From: Phoronis australis
Taxonomy: Eukaryota > Animalia > Phoronida
Length of the DNA stretch: 64,000 bases
NCBI GenBank assembly: GCA_002633005.1
Contig: NMRA01000043.1
Coordinates: 899,588 to 963,587, forward strand
Direction: 5' to 3'
This document shows, one piece after another, positions 53,057 through 64,000 of the stretch. A program made the position numbers and the translations under genes. Position 1 is the first letter of the stretch, and every line of letters begins with the position of its first letter. The notes under the pieces are model-generated. The model worked only from the letters and a program-made list of their open reading frames with translations. It did not search any database and was not told where the DNA came from.

Positions 53057-54221
53057 ACATTACTGGTTTGAATGACAGTGGTTTAACTAGGACAGTCAAT
53101 TTCAGTTCAATTCCAGGTTTGTGTGGCGAATCTGCTTGATTCTGAGAGACAGGTGACATCAGAGAGGGATATGAGATAAATGTTTAAAATAACGGACTTA
53201 CAGCCACTTCCAGAAATACAAGCATGATCGACTGCAACTTTTACCATAAAGACACCATGTGTGCCATTTGAGATCCTAGTTGGCAGTACGTCATCGGTAG
53301 AAACATCAGTTTGTCCACTATGTCAATGTAGTAATTGCCGATATCAACAAAACCAGGAATCGAGCCACCAATACTTATAAAACCGGCAAATGTGCTAACC
53401 ATTCAGCTGATTGGCAATTGTGCATAACGAGTCGCTAAAAGAGCTCGTATGGTTCACCTAAAGCATGTCTACAACGTTATGTATTAGCAGGTTCCTCCTC
53501 GTTCTGTGTAATGACTTGCAGACTGTTTTCATAGACCCAAACAACTTCAAGTTTACCCTAAAATCCAAGGTGGGTCCAACTTGCCCTCTGATTCAGGGTT
53601 GGTGGTCCTCATGGAAAACTTGCCAACCAACAGTTATCACCAGGTGCACGTGACAAATTTTGAATGAATATATACCAAAAACCAGAAAGCTTCAAAAGTT
53701 TATACATACCCATCAATAAACTTCGTCCCTTCCCTCTAGATGTTCTTTCATCCTGTATTATTCTTGCAAAATTAAGCTAAATTCAATCCTACTACTAAAT
53801 CAACTTATTTGACTACATGAGTGGCACCAACACTGCCACAGAGCAAGGACAATGTTGGTGTACAACTATGCAACACTCGGCACCAGTCATATAATGCTTT
53901 GGAGAACCAGACAATCACTCAATAATGACCTTATTATTCAGTGGAGGAAACTGGCTCCCTAAATCAGGGACCACTATATTGAACCAGTGCCCATAACTCT
54001 GTCCTCTGCTCTTTACAGTATTGCAGACAGACTAATAATCTGATATTGTAGTCCTATCGAGTTGTGGCGAGTTGTGGCGGTTGTGCTTGTTTCATTATAA
54101 AACTTATAATGTCATCATTTATGATATTTCCAACTGAATAACATACAATATTCAGTGAAAGTAGGCCTATATCTGGTTAACACAACTAGAATTTGTTCAG
54201 CGTCGGTCATCGGACTGGGTC

Positions 54222-54488
54222 TAAGTATCTTTTGCGCATAGAAGGACACCTTAGGAGGCTGTCGATGTCAAAATCGGAAACTGGCCATTTTTACACAAAG
54301 CACGCCAGAGGATATGACGTTCATACCACCAACCATGCACAGTGCTAAAAATGGCCAGTTGAAGATTTGGAGAACTGAATGAAGGACTGCTCGAAAAAGT
54401 TTGATAACGGGAGTATTTATTCAAGTTGGAAGGAATGAAAGGCATCAACAGCCTCCTAAGGTGTCCCTCTATGCGCAAAAGATACTTA
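54222..54488. mobile_element. MITE with ~46-bp TIRs
   Basis: TAAGTATCTTTTGCGCATAGAAGGACACCTTAGGAGGCTGTCGATG / CATCAACAGCCTCCTAAGGTGTCCCTCTATGCGCAAAAGATACTTA. Confidence 0.88.
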
Positions 54489-54526
54489 TATCCACAGGCA
54501 TCCACAGCTTGTGATCATCCCCAATA

Positions 54527-55094
54527 CACTATATATACTACAAGGTATGACACTTCGGACTAGAAATTCCGTGTGTGCTTCACTTCAGCCGTCCATAGCA
54601 AACAAAAACTCAATAAATTTTCAAAAAACAGAGGTTCAACAAACCATGAGGAATTGTTCTTTCTCCCAATACCATTTACAGTGTCCTGCTCCACCGAGTT
54701 CGCAAGAAATTCGTGGTCAAAGCACAAAAATCTTCCCAAAAAGTCACTGCATACCAGCAATATGCTACACGGAAATTGCTGGTTTGTCACGGAAGGTCAC
54801 GACATCAATAACTCCACACTTAGCCAGACATTTCGTAACCTTCGACCGCGTAAAGCATATTGCTAGTACGCAGCGACTTTTTGAGAATTTTGTGCTTTGA
54901 CCGCGAATTTGTTGCGAACTCAGTGGAGCAGGACACTGTAAATGGTATTGGGAGAAAGAACAATTCCTCATGGTTTGTTGAACCTCTGTTTTGAGTAAAT
55001 TTATTGAGTTTTGTGTATGCTATGGACGGCTGAAGTGAAGCACCTGTGGAATTTTTAGTCCGGAGTGTCATACCTTGTAGTATTCTATATAGTG
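54527..55094. mobile_element. Foldback / long-TIR palindromic element
   Basis: ~245-bp arms are near-exact reverse complements (TACTACAAGGTATGACAC.. / ..GTGTCATACCTTGTAGTA) around a short spacer. Confidence 0.9.
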
Positions 55095-55149
55095 ATGGAG
55101 ATGGTCATAAGTTGAGGATGCCTGTGCTTATAGTCCGGTTACCTATTTT

Positions 55150-55938
55150 CGTCAGGCTCCAAAGTTCGTCCGCCATCTTGTTTCGCGTGCAGCGCAACCA
55201 CGCGGGACTTAGCGTTCCAATTTGGAGTGCTCGTCTGCACGTTAGGTACTAACTTATCGGAAGAGACACGTATCAAAGTAATGAGACAAAAATCGGTGAG
55301 TTTACCGATTGTTTTTTAAAACCACTTAAAAATCAGTAGATTTTACTAATACACTTTTTTGTGCGTTTTCAGAAGATGTTTTCGAATTTAAATTTTCTTC
55401 CGACGGGACACAAAACATGATCCAGGGTTTGTTTATGCAATGTATCTGTTTGTCCCAGGCACTAGTAGGATCTAGAAGGCCAAAGGAAAAATCCGCAGAC
55501 AAATGCGATACGCTGGGTTCTTAACATTTTTGCCTCACGTTCACCATTAAACTGCATTGAAATGTTGTCCAATTGGCTTTTATTGGAAACCACAGTGCAG
55601 AGCTCAACATCAAAGCTTCAAATCGAGTTTATGTCAATAAAAACAGGCTGTTGCAATTTTCATTACTTCGTTGGCCTTTTTCTGCATGTTTCTCAGTTTT
55701 TACAAAAGGGGGCAGCATATGACGAACTTAGGTGTCACAATAAAATGGCTGCCGAAGGCAGTGCACATTTGAAATAACTCGGCACAAATTAAAGAAAACT
55801 TCCGAATCGATGAATGCGGTATATCTGTGAGAGTTAAATCGAATCCTATTCAGATCATAACTTTGAAGTGGAATAATTCGGTGAGTACAACAGCAAGTCG
55901 GTTTTATGCTTAGGCGGACGAACATTGGGTTCCCCAGT
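55150..55938. mobile_element. Probable MITE-like element (family C)
   Basis: Degenerate inverted ends CCAAAGTTCGTCCGCC / GGCGGACGAACATTGG. The right end recurs inverted at 62986-63169. Confidence 0.5.
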
Positions 55939-58344
55939 ATATAACGTGACTTTGATTTTTTTAATCAGTGTGAGGCATAACTCGATGAAAAGCTTCCGGC
56001 ATATGAAGCGCCTATAGCAGCTTCTCCGTCTGTAGTTCACTAGAGATGGTGGGTACTTTGCGTGTTGGGTCCGAATTTTTAGAAAATTAGAACTCCCAGT
56101 TTTGGAATCCTGTATCAACCCCTCCTCGAATGGCCAATTTTGCCTGGTTAATTTTGGGTTTGAAAATGTACTGGGGAGATGTTGATACTTCTGACAAATG
56201 TCCAGGACCTAGAGAAAATCGCAAAATTCTCTGCTTCTCATCATCAGGAACTGGAAAATAAGTGCAAGCGCAGCCGGTGTCCGTCGATCATGTCGAACGA
56301 CGCCGACGGGACAGGGCACCTGCAACTCTATACCTCGAGGTTTCTGATGTACTTACCGACAGGTTTGGTCAGTTATAGCATAATAGATTGACACATATAG
56401 AGCAAAACCAACGTAAGTTCACGATACGAACACTTTCGTCTACAACGATGACCTGAAGATGTGCCGCCCGCTTGGCAAGCTTTTTGACCTACAGGAAGTT
56501 CATTGGCAGGAAGTTACAAATGCGCAGGTTGTTTTGGCTGACGTCACAAGACATCGGGGTTGATCAGCAACGCATCTCCGCGCTAGAAAAGCAGGAGGTC
56601 GTGAGATTACGCGCGGCGACTGAGATATTGTCGTGTATTTCAAATGAGAGCACGTGATTTTGGCTAGATTTTGCTAACCGCGAAACAGTTATTGAACTTT
56701 ACCCAGTTTCATTTGTTCCGCGATATTCTGTTATAACAAAAAATACGTTTCTTAGGAACAGTATCGTCACAGAAACTGGCGTCAGTCGCCGGTTCAGTGT
56801 TGGGCCGGCGCCACTGCGGGATCGCGGTGTACCCGTTCTTTAGTCGATAGAAATTCCGAACGGAAGGTTAGTCATACACCCGGCCCCCACAACTTTCGGG
56901 ACGCCTGTACACACATACATCTGCGCTTTGCCCAATTCCCCGAGGCAACATCAGTCATATGAATGTTGGGCCCCTTCGGCCACTGCCGGTGGCCCACTCA
57001 CACTCAGTACTACGCAGGTCGTGCCCCTGCCGTCCTCTTACGGCCACAACCAAACAAAAACTCTGGCTCCCCCAGGCAAATCAGGCGTTTTGCCTAGGTA
57101 TTCCTGGGGATTTAGGCCTTCGTTGCACCGTGCCATCAGATGATTTTGGCGCCCCGGCGCGGCGGGCTGGGAATGAGTGGCCGGCAGAAACTTTGAAAGT
57201 ACGACGGTTGGACTTGACGAATTGACCAATTTTTCCAAAGCTTCAGTTCTATGCAGTGAAAAGGTTGCTCATCCAGAAACACACATGATGAATTTGTTGC
57301 CCAAAACAAATGAAAAGGTGTCATCTCTGATACTGGCTTGCATAGATGCCTCGACCAGGCAGGCGGGGCCTATATCATTTATAACAAAACCTTTGATGGA
57401 AATTTTTAGCCGTAACTACTTTTTAGAGCGAAATTATCGTGAAGTGTATGGGAAAGGCTGCAGTATGCAGACTTGCGCAATAACCCTGTGAGTGGAATGT
57501 TCCGGCCGGCCACCGTTGGCNTTTTTTTTTTTTTTTTATTTTATTTTATTTTTAGTCCACCCGCTCTTTTGTTAACATAATATCCACAATTTCATAAATT
57601 CGAACCCCCTCCCCCATATTAAAGGCTGGGTGCGCGCATGATCCGAATACTTCAGGAACCAGTCTCGGTTCCATGGGTGTAGCTTCCCCAGGCCTGGCAC
57701 ACTTAAATTCAGTCACCGGTCTAGGCCGTCGTGATCATCACTGGTGAAACGTCAGTGTTTGTTCAACAGCACTAATATTTTTTAATTATCCTCTCCAGAC
57801 CTATAGGCCGGAGTGGACCCGTCATATTATCTATCACAGGAAGGTAATGATAGCGTTTTAAGAAATATATGTACATAAATATATACAACAAAAAATACGT
57901 TCCGGTTAAACTTTAAACCATCGCCATTGCTGACACAGAATCCTCTGAGACGCCAAATATATTAGAAGTCTATGCAAGTCAGTCGACTGACTGAGGGAAA
58001 AGAGGCTGCATCAAAAGGAGGTCCCTACAAATCACTGTATGGTGAGAGTTATGCCCGAGCTAACCGAGACATTTGTTTGAATATACGTATGTAAAATATG
58101 TTTATTAGAGCACTTGATTACCTTCATGTTGACCATTTGACCCTAAAAGTCCAGTTATCTACACCCGGCGTCGCGTTCAAGGGGTTGCGGCGATGGAACC
58201 AATGTGCTTTCTTTTTCAGGATCAGGTTGTGTGAAATCGTACGACGTTTTATGTTTGGGAAGCTGGCTGATGGGGTTCGTTTAACTAAGTGAATGAATGA
58301 GTCTTTTGAAAAGATGCAGTCTAAGCGTGACACTAAAAATAAAC

Positions 58345-58672
58345 CAGCCATGTGGCTAAACCATACGCAAGGAATGCTAGTATGCTATAAATGAACCATA
58401 CGCAATGAATGCTAGTATGCTATAAATGTGGCCACCAGCCATGTGGCTAAACCATACGCAATGAATGCTAGTATGCTATAAATGAACCATACGCAATGAA
58501 TGCTAGTATGCTATAAATGTGGCCACCAGCCATGTGGCTAAACCATACACAATGAATGCTAGTATGCTATAAATGTGGCCACCAGCCATGGGGCTAAACC
58601 ATACGCAATTAATGCTAGTATGCTATAAATGAACCATACGCAAGGAATGCTAGTATGCTATAAATGTGGCCA
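58345..58672. repeat. 35-bp minisatellite with 89-bp higher-order unit
   Basis: AACCATACGCAATGAATGCTAGTATGCTATAAATG, alternating with a TGGCCACCAGCCATGTGGCTA spacer. Confidence 0.92.
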
Positions 58673-60109
58673 TTCTAAATAGTCCCCGCTTCCACCGCCA
58701 AATTTTGCCACCTCTTTGAGGGTCAACATTTTTTAATCATAAAGCATTCCGTGTTCAAAAATCCCATTTCCACTTTTGAATCGAGCAGGAAGCGGCAACC
58801 ATGACTTCATCCGTTACCTTTGCCCACCCCCGCTCCATCGATAAATCGGGCACTGGGGAGGGTATCATGAAGGGAAGTAGATACAATTCCAAGTTGATCG
58901 AGAAAAACCTTAAAACATGTTCACGTGGCATGGTCGGCGCAGTGCCGAAATAAGTGGGGACAGTAGCCCTTTATGATGCGCCGCCCATGCGCCGAGCACA
59001 TCAACACCCAGACACGTGAAACTACAAAAATGGATAGTAAAAATGGTAAATTGACCGCCATGCAACTAAGCCGGGATTCCAGTTTGAAAAACTGAACCAT
59101 CACTATACTAGTGAAATTCACAAAGGCAATATTTTCGGTGGTTTTATTTTAAATATATGTAATATTGATAACTTTTACCGGAGAATTAAAAAAAACTACT
59201 TTTAAATCAGTTTTAGAAGTTGACGAAGTAAGAGTTGGTTGAAGGAGACTCTCACGTGTCAGACAGTCGAGGAGGGGTTCATGACCTTGTACAATGCGCA
59301 ATTTAACGGATTAAGGTATTCGAAGTACATCGCAAACACAGATTTCTTCTGTTTTTGGGCTGCAAATTTAACTCGTAAACCATGACAGGCTGACACTGTA
59401 ATAAACCAGAACTCACATTAACACGATTAAATTTTGAAAATTTCTTGAAAGAGCGCCAAAAACAACCGGTGGCATCCTCAGACTCACATACTCTTCCGGT
59501 TACCCGTTGGCAAGCATCTGCACCCATGTCTCCAGGGATGGCCTCAAAGCGAATAGTAAATTCTGACTCAAACGGCGCGCTGTGTATGCGTTTACATGTG
59601 TCGGTCCCAAGTTACACTGATGTGTTAATCCCACGTTACATGTGTTAATCCCAGTTCATGTATTCATGCACATTTTCGTATTTGTGAAAATCGAATAACT
59701 TTTTAACATTAAAAAGTTAATATTGTACAAAATTGACTTCTGTTGAATGTGCAGGCTGAAATTTGAGGAATTCTCTATCACCCGACACTCAAACAGCAAA
59801 GTGCACTATTTGCCAATCCGAAATATTCGTTAGGAAATTGGCGTTTCGGTGAATGTTGATGCAGCTAAGTTGATAAAATTTGGCCAGATCCATCATTTAC
59901 TCCGAGCTGGAGGAATTAGCCTACAGAAACTGGATTACGCATGGTTCAGTAAGAGATTTCGAAAAACCCATATAGCGGTGTAGGCCTACCTGGGGTCCCG
60001 GAACTACACCCTTTTAAAGAGAAACTTGAATTCATGATTCCAGTTGATAATTTGAACTTCGTCCAAATTGGACCCTAATAAAGCGAATCTTGACCTTAGG
60101 CCTCATTTT

Positions 60110-60365
60110 CGCTTTCCGAAACAGACAAATTCTATTTGCCAAATCTCATGAACATCCATCAAGGAGTAACTACGGGGCACACCGGTCCAAAATTCGTCGT
60201 CCTCTGTCTTCAGGGTCATGGGAACACATCTGCCAAATCTCACTAAGATTCTACGGCTACTGGGTTCAAGATCGAGATGCAGCAGCGTACGCCGGCGAAA
60301 CCCACCGGACGCCCAAACAGAGATGACGGCAATATGCACCCACATATGTATATGTGAGCGCATGA
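60110..60365 (+). mobile_element. Family A 3' fragment
   Basis: GGAACACATCTGCCAAATCTC..GGACGCCCAAACAGAGATGACGG..CACATATGTATATGTG hairpin end. Confidence 0.65.
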
Positions 60366-61149
60366 AATTGTTTTTATCATCAAACCAGATTCGGTAGTTA
60401 CGACTTTTGTTTCAACTGCGGAAAGTTTGACAAACACTGAGTCACATCACTGTTGTGAAAATAAATGCAAGTAAAACACTAAAATTTAGATTTCAAAATA
60501 ATTTGGCATACTTCAGTGACCGAAATGAAAGAGTGTGTGGCATGGATTAAAATACGATAGATGAAAATAACCCCATTGAGGGTGCATATCTTTTAACGTA
60601 AAAAAATCAAAAGTGTGCAGTATGTAACAAAAGTAACGCTGGACGCTGACATGCACCCACCATCTGCGTCACATACAGCACAGATACTAGACATGGTCAT
60701 TATTTTAAACATTATCAACTGTAAGAGCAACGCTTCTTAAAAGGATACTAAACCCTGTTTTGATGATTTCAACCAATCCTTGTTCAGTCACCTGCTAATG
60801 CATCATTGGAAGGAATCAACTAAAAACCCGTGGTCTAATCCCTGCGTCAAAGATCGGATATTATGGTTCTTGGTGTTTTTTCCCAAAGTTGCCTTGTAAT
60901 TCGCAAAAAGCGTAGGCCACATTTGCCCGTTTAGCAGACTTCGAAAGGAGGTTTCCGCTACACTTTTAAGGGTTATCGTTATTTTGTTTCAGGAAAGTCG
61001 TTTTATCTGTTAACGGGCCAAAACTTGGTTTGGCATTATTTTAACATTAATAATAGCCTCTAGAAGGTGCAAAGCAAGTCGAACAAGCTCTCCTCAACCT
61101 TTCAATATGAATCTTCAACAAAGTAAAGAGAGTAAAGAGGCAGAAGACA

Positions 61150-62470
61150 AAGAACACAGAAAGCCCGCCACTGGGGTGCGCATATAGTTGGAGAAAAAGT
61201 TAAACTATCCGAAACAGGGCACGACCTGTTGTCTACGTGTTAGTAACTTAGTTTGCTAAATTTCATGAGCATATAATGAAAGTGGAACTTGGTAGGCATA
61301 AAACAAGATTGCCATAAGGCGATTCCGCACTCTGGTCAGATTAGTGTCCAAAGATCCACTTCAGTTGTACTCAATGTCGTCTCCGGAAACAACTGCCAAA
61401 TTTCTGAGATCTTATATTGTGCCACAGACAAGAAAATAAAATTGCCACAAGAAAGCGCCACAGCAGTCGGATCCGTTCAAATATCTGTCAACCCAGGCAC
61501 TTGATCTGCACCTCCCGAGTGAACACAAGCATGCCAATTTTTAATTCAGTCTATAGAGTGTCAACAGCCAGACTCGAAAACAATAAAACCATGCAATCAC
61601 TACTTGAGGTGGCGCAGATTATGTTACATCCACCTAAGAACTAGAAGGTGGTCATATCTCTAGGGAGTAATATGTAGTCCTAGGTCGACACGTACTGATA
61701 CCTGATTTGCCTAGTCTTCATGCGTAAATCCATCAATTAAGGAAGTCCTAAGTCAAGACAAAATTTCCGCTAGAGGACGGTGGCAGTCGGATCGCTCCGA
61801 AAGTATGCAGTCGCCATTCGTTATCATCTTCATAGAAAATGTAAGAAACGTCCTGCATAAATATGAGGGAGGCAAGAAATGAGACTGGACGCGCCACAGG
61901 TACGTGACGTACTAGTACGCCGTTGACCGTCATCGCCGAAATCTAGTGATCTTAATTGTACTGAGCCGGCGGGAACGGCAAAGACGAATAGGCCTAGTTA
62001 CATAGTCTATGCAGCCAGGAAGCACTCACCAATTTTCATGATCATCATTAGTGCGGTTTAAAAAAATGAGAGGCGGATGGTAAAAATGAGAAATGCCCGG
62101 GACTCTCACGGGTGAACTTAGCTGCGATGATTGCAGTGGACAAAAGCCGCCGGGGTTCTGGCAGCCGCGGATACAAAAAACCCTGCCACTTGGAGGCTCC
62201 ACAGTAATCGGAACCTCCCGAAAACTATCGTAAGCCTTCCCCTCCCAGTCGGAATTCAGATCATACCAATTTTCATAAATATCGTTAGTTTTAGTGCGGA
62301 TTGGCCGATAGGGCCAAGCGCGGCGTGGGGAAAACTAAAAGAAGACTCCAAAACCGTATAAACAGCCACTAGAGGGCGCAACATATCATCCGAACAAAAC
62401 AAAGAAGGCGCCGTCGTCTCCTATTTACCAAATTTCATCATAATCCGTCATGGAACTCCCAAAAGAGGCA
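61150..62470 (+). mobile_element. Highly degenerate family A monomers
   Basis: AAAATTGCCACAAG (61439), CCGCTAGAGGACG (61767), GCCACTAGAGGGCGC (62365), CCAAATTTCATCA. Confidence 0.45.
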
Positions 62471-62985
62471 AACACAACAAGAGCAACGTGGAGCGTTGCC
62501 CACAGCTGCGCCACAAACGGCATGCTTCTATTTCGCGTCGGACACCAACGCAAACCAGAGTTCATAGTTTTACTATTGCATAGGCACATGTTGTGTTTGT
62601 GACCTTCGGACGTGAAAACCTGTAATCGCAAATCCTTGCTTACTATTCACGGTTAGATTAGATTAAGAACATATTATTCTATATTGATTTCACGACCCTC
62701 TAGGTCTTGCATCGCCACTGGAGGTACTACAATAAAAGCAAAGACTTGTATGGAAGAAGCATGGTGTTATCAACTGGATGTCTCGATGTGGACGAGAAAT
62801 TGAAGTTATGGCTATCTTGGGACAAAGCAAGTTTGTTTTGTCTTTTCACCATCACCGCCAGTTCCTATCAAGTCTCAGACACCCTGATCATTTTGATTGT
62901 CCAAATTCCCTGGTGCATATCTGCAATGTATTTGTTTCAAAAATCAATATTACTGAATGTCCAGTGTTTGTAATTTAAACTGAGT

Positions 62986-63169
62986 ATACTCGGGAACCCA
63001 ATGGTCGTCCGCCTAAGCATAAAACCGACTTGCTGTTGTACTCACCGAATTATTCCACTTCAAAGTTATGATCTGAATAGGATTCGATTTAACTCTCACA
63101 GATATACCGCATTCATCGATTCGGAAGTTTTCTTTAATTTGTGCCGAGTTATTTCAAATGTGCACTGCC
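62986..63169. repeat. Near-identical inverted copy of 55757-55941, running into the gap
   Basis: Direct sequence comparison. The ORF track also shows the same peptide at 55728-55925(-) and 63001(+). Confidence 0.9.
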
Positions 63170-63645
63170 NNNNNNNNNNNNNNNNNNNNNNNNNNNNNNN
63201 NNNNNNNNNNNNNNNNNNNNNNNNNNNNNNNNNNNNNNNNNNNNNNNNNNNNNNNNNNNNNNNNNNNNNNNNNNNNNNNNNNNNNNNNNNNNNNNNNNNN
63301 NNNNNNNNNNNNNNNNNNNNNNNNNNNNNNNNNNNNNNNNNNNNNNNNNNNNNNNNNNNNNNNNNNNNNNNNNNNNNNNNNNNNNNNNNNNNNNNNNNNN
63401 NNNNNNNNNNNNNNNNNNNNNNNNNNNNNNNNNNNNNNNNNNNNNNNNNNNNNNNNNNNNNNNNNNNNNNNNNNNNNNNNNNNNNNNNNNNNNNNNNNNN
63501 NNNNNNNNNNNNNNNNNNNNNNNNNNNNNNNNNNNNNNNNNNNNNNNNNNNNNNNNNNNNNNNNNNNNNNNNNNNNNNNNNNNNNNNNNNNNNNNNNNNN
63601 NNNNNNNNNNNNNNNNNNNNNNNNNNNNNNNNNNNNNNNNNNNNN
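63170..63645. other. Assembly gap (476 N)
   Basis: Run of N. Confidence 1.
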
Positions 63646-64000
63646 AACTTGTTTATTTAGCATAACCCCCCCCCCCCAGCATCCCCCCCCCCCCAAACAC
63701 ACAGATTTTTTTGCAAAAAAATACATAGACCAAGGTTTTTACATCTAAGTTTACAAAACAGCCTTCTGGACTGTAGTGAGAATTTTTACTAAAAAAAACT
63801 GTGTCTAGACCAAGACTTTACAATGCTATCAACCAAGTGTGAGCATAGCAACATTGTGTATACTTTGTATATACATTGTATATGTTTTCCTGCTTTGAGA
63901 AAAGAGCCACCTCTGTGAGTCTTCATAGGCTTCCTAGTAATTACAATGTGTGTGTCCAAACTTGAAAGGTTCCTATTGACAGTGGGTGTCCAAATGATAC

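Noticed and set aside
54511-55071. Mirror-image ORFs on both strands
   Set aside because: Artefact of the palindromic element; no recognisable domain.
55143-55176. CAAGATGGCGGAC giving MADELWSLTKIG|GT as a possible CASK first exon
   Set aside because: The donor is phase 1, out of frame with exon A, and the ATG lies within the degenerate inverted end of repeat family C.
62020-62045. Minus-strand donor TG|GTGAGT after ATGAAAATT
   Set aside because: Overlaps a degenerate family A motif (ACCAATTTTCATG) and is phase 1, incompatible with exon A as coding.
63001-63748. Long ORFs in the track
   Set aside because: They mostly span the N gap.

Overview
Eukaryotic (animal, probably invertebrate) genomic DNA, AT-rich and repeat-dense, with a 476-N gap at 63170-63645. 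The only host gene found is CASK/LIN-2 on the minus strand. Seven coding exons (38434 to 2995), all with AG..GT boundaries and compatible phases, splice into an intact N-terminal CaM-kinase-like pseudokinase domain. The gene continues left of the window, and its first exon or promoter probably lies at 56-59 kb. The introns hold many transposon remnants: an internally deleted Kolobok (THAP transposase plus a convergent Cys-rich KolX/P2X7-tail-like ORF), three copies of a TA-TSD element carrying a decayed HIRAN-like ORF, several MITEs and foldbacks, tRNA-derived elements and minisatellites. The most striking pattern is a Helentron/HINE-like repeat family built of ~150-bp monomers. Each monomer carries a near-consensus CTCF motif, and all copies I could orient face the same way. 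All calls were made by eye, without database searches.
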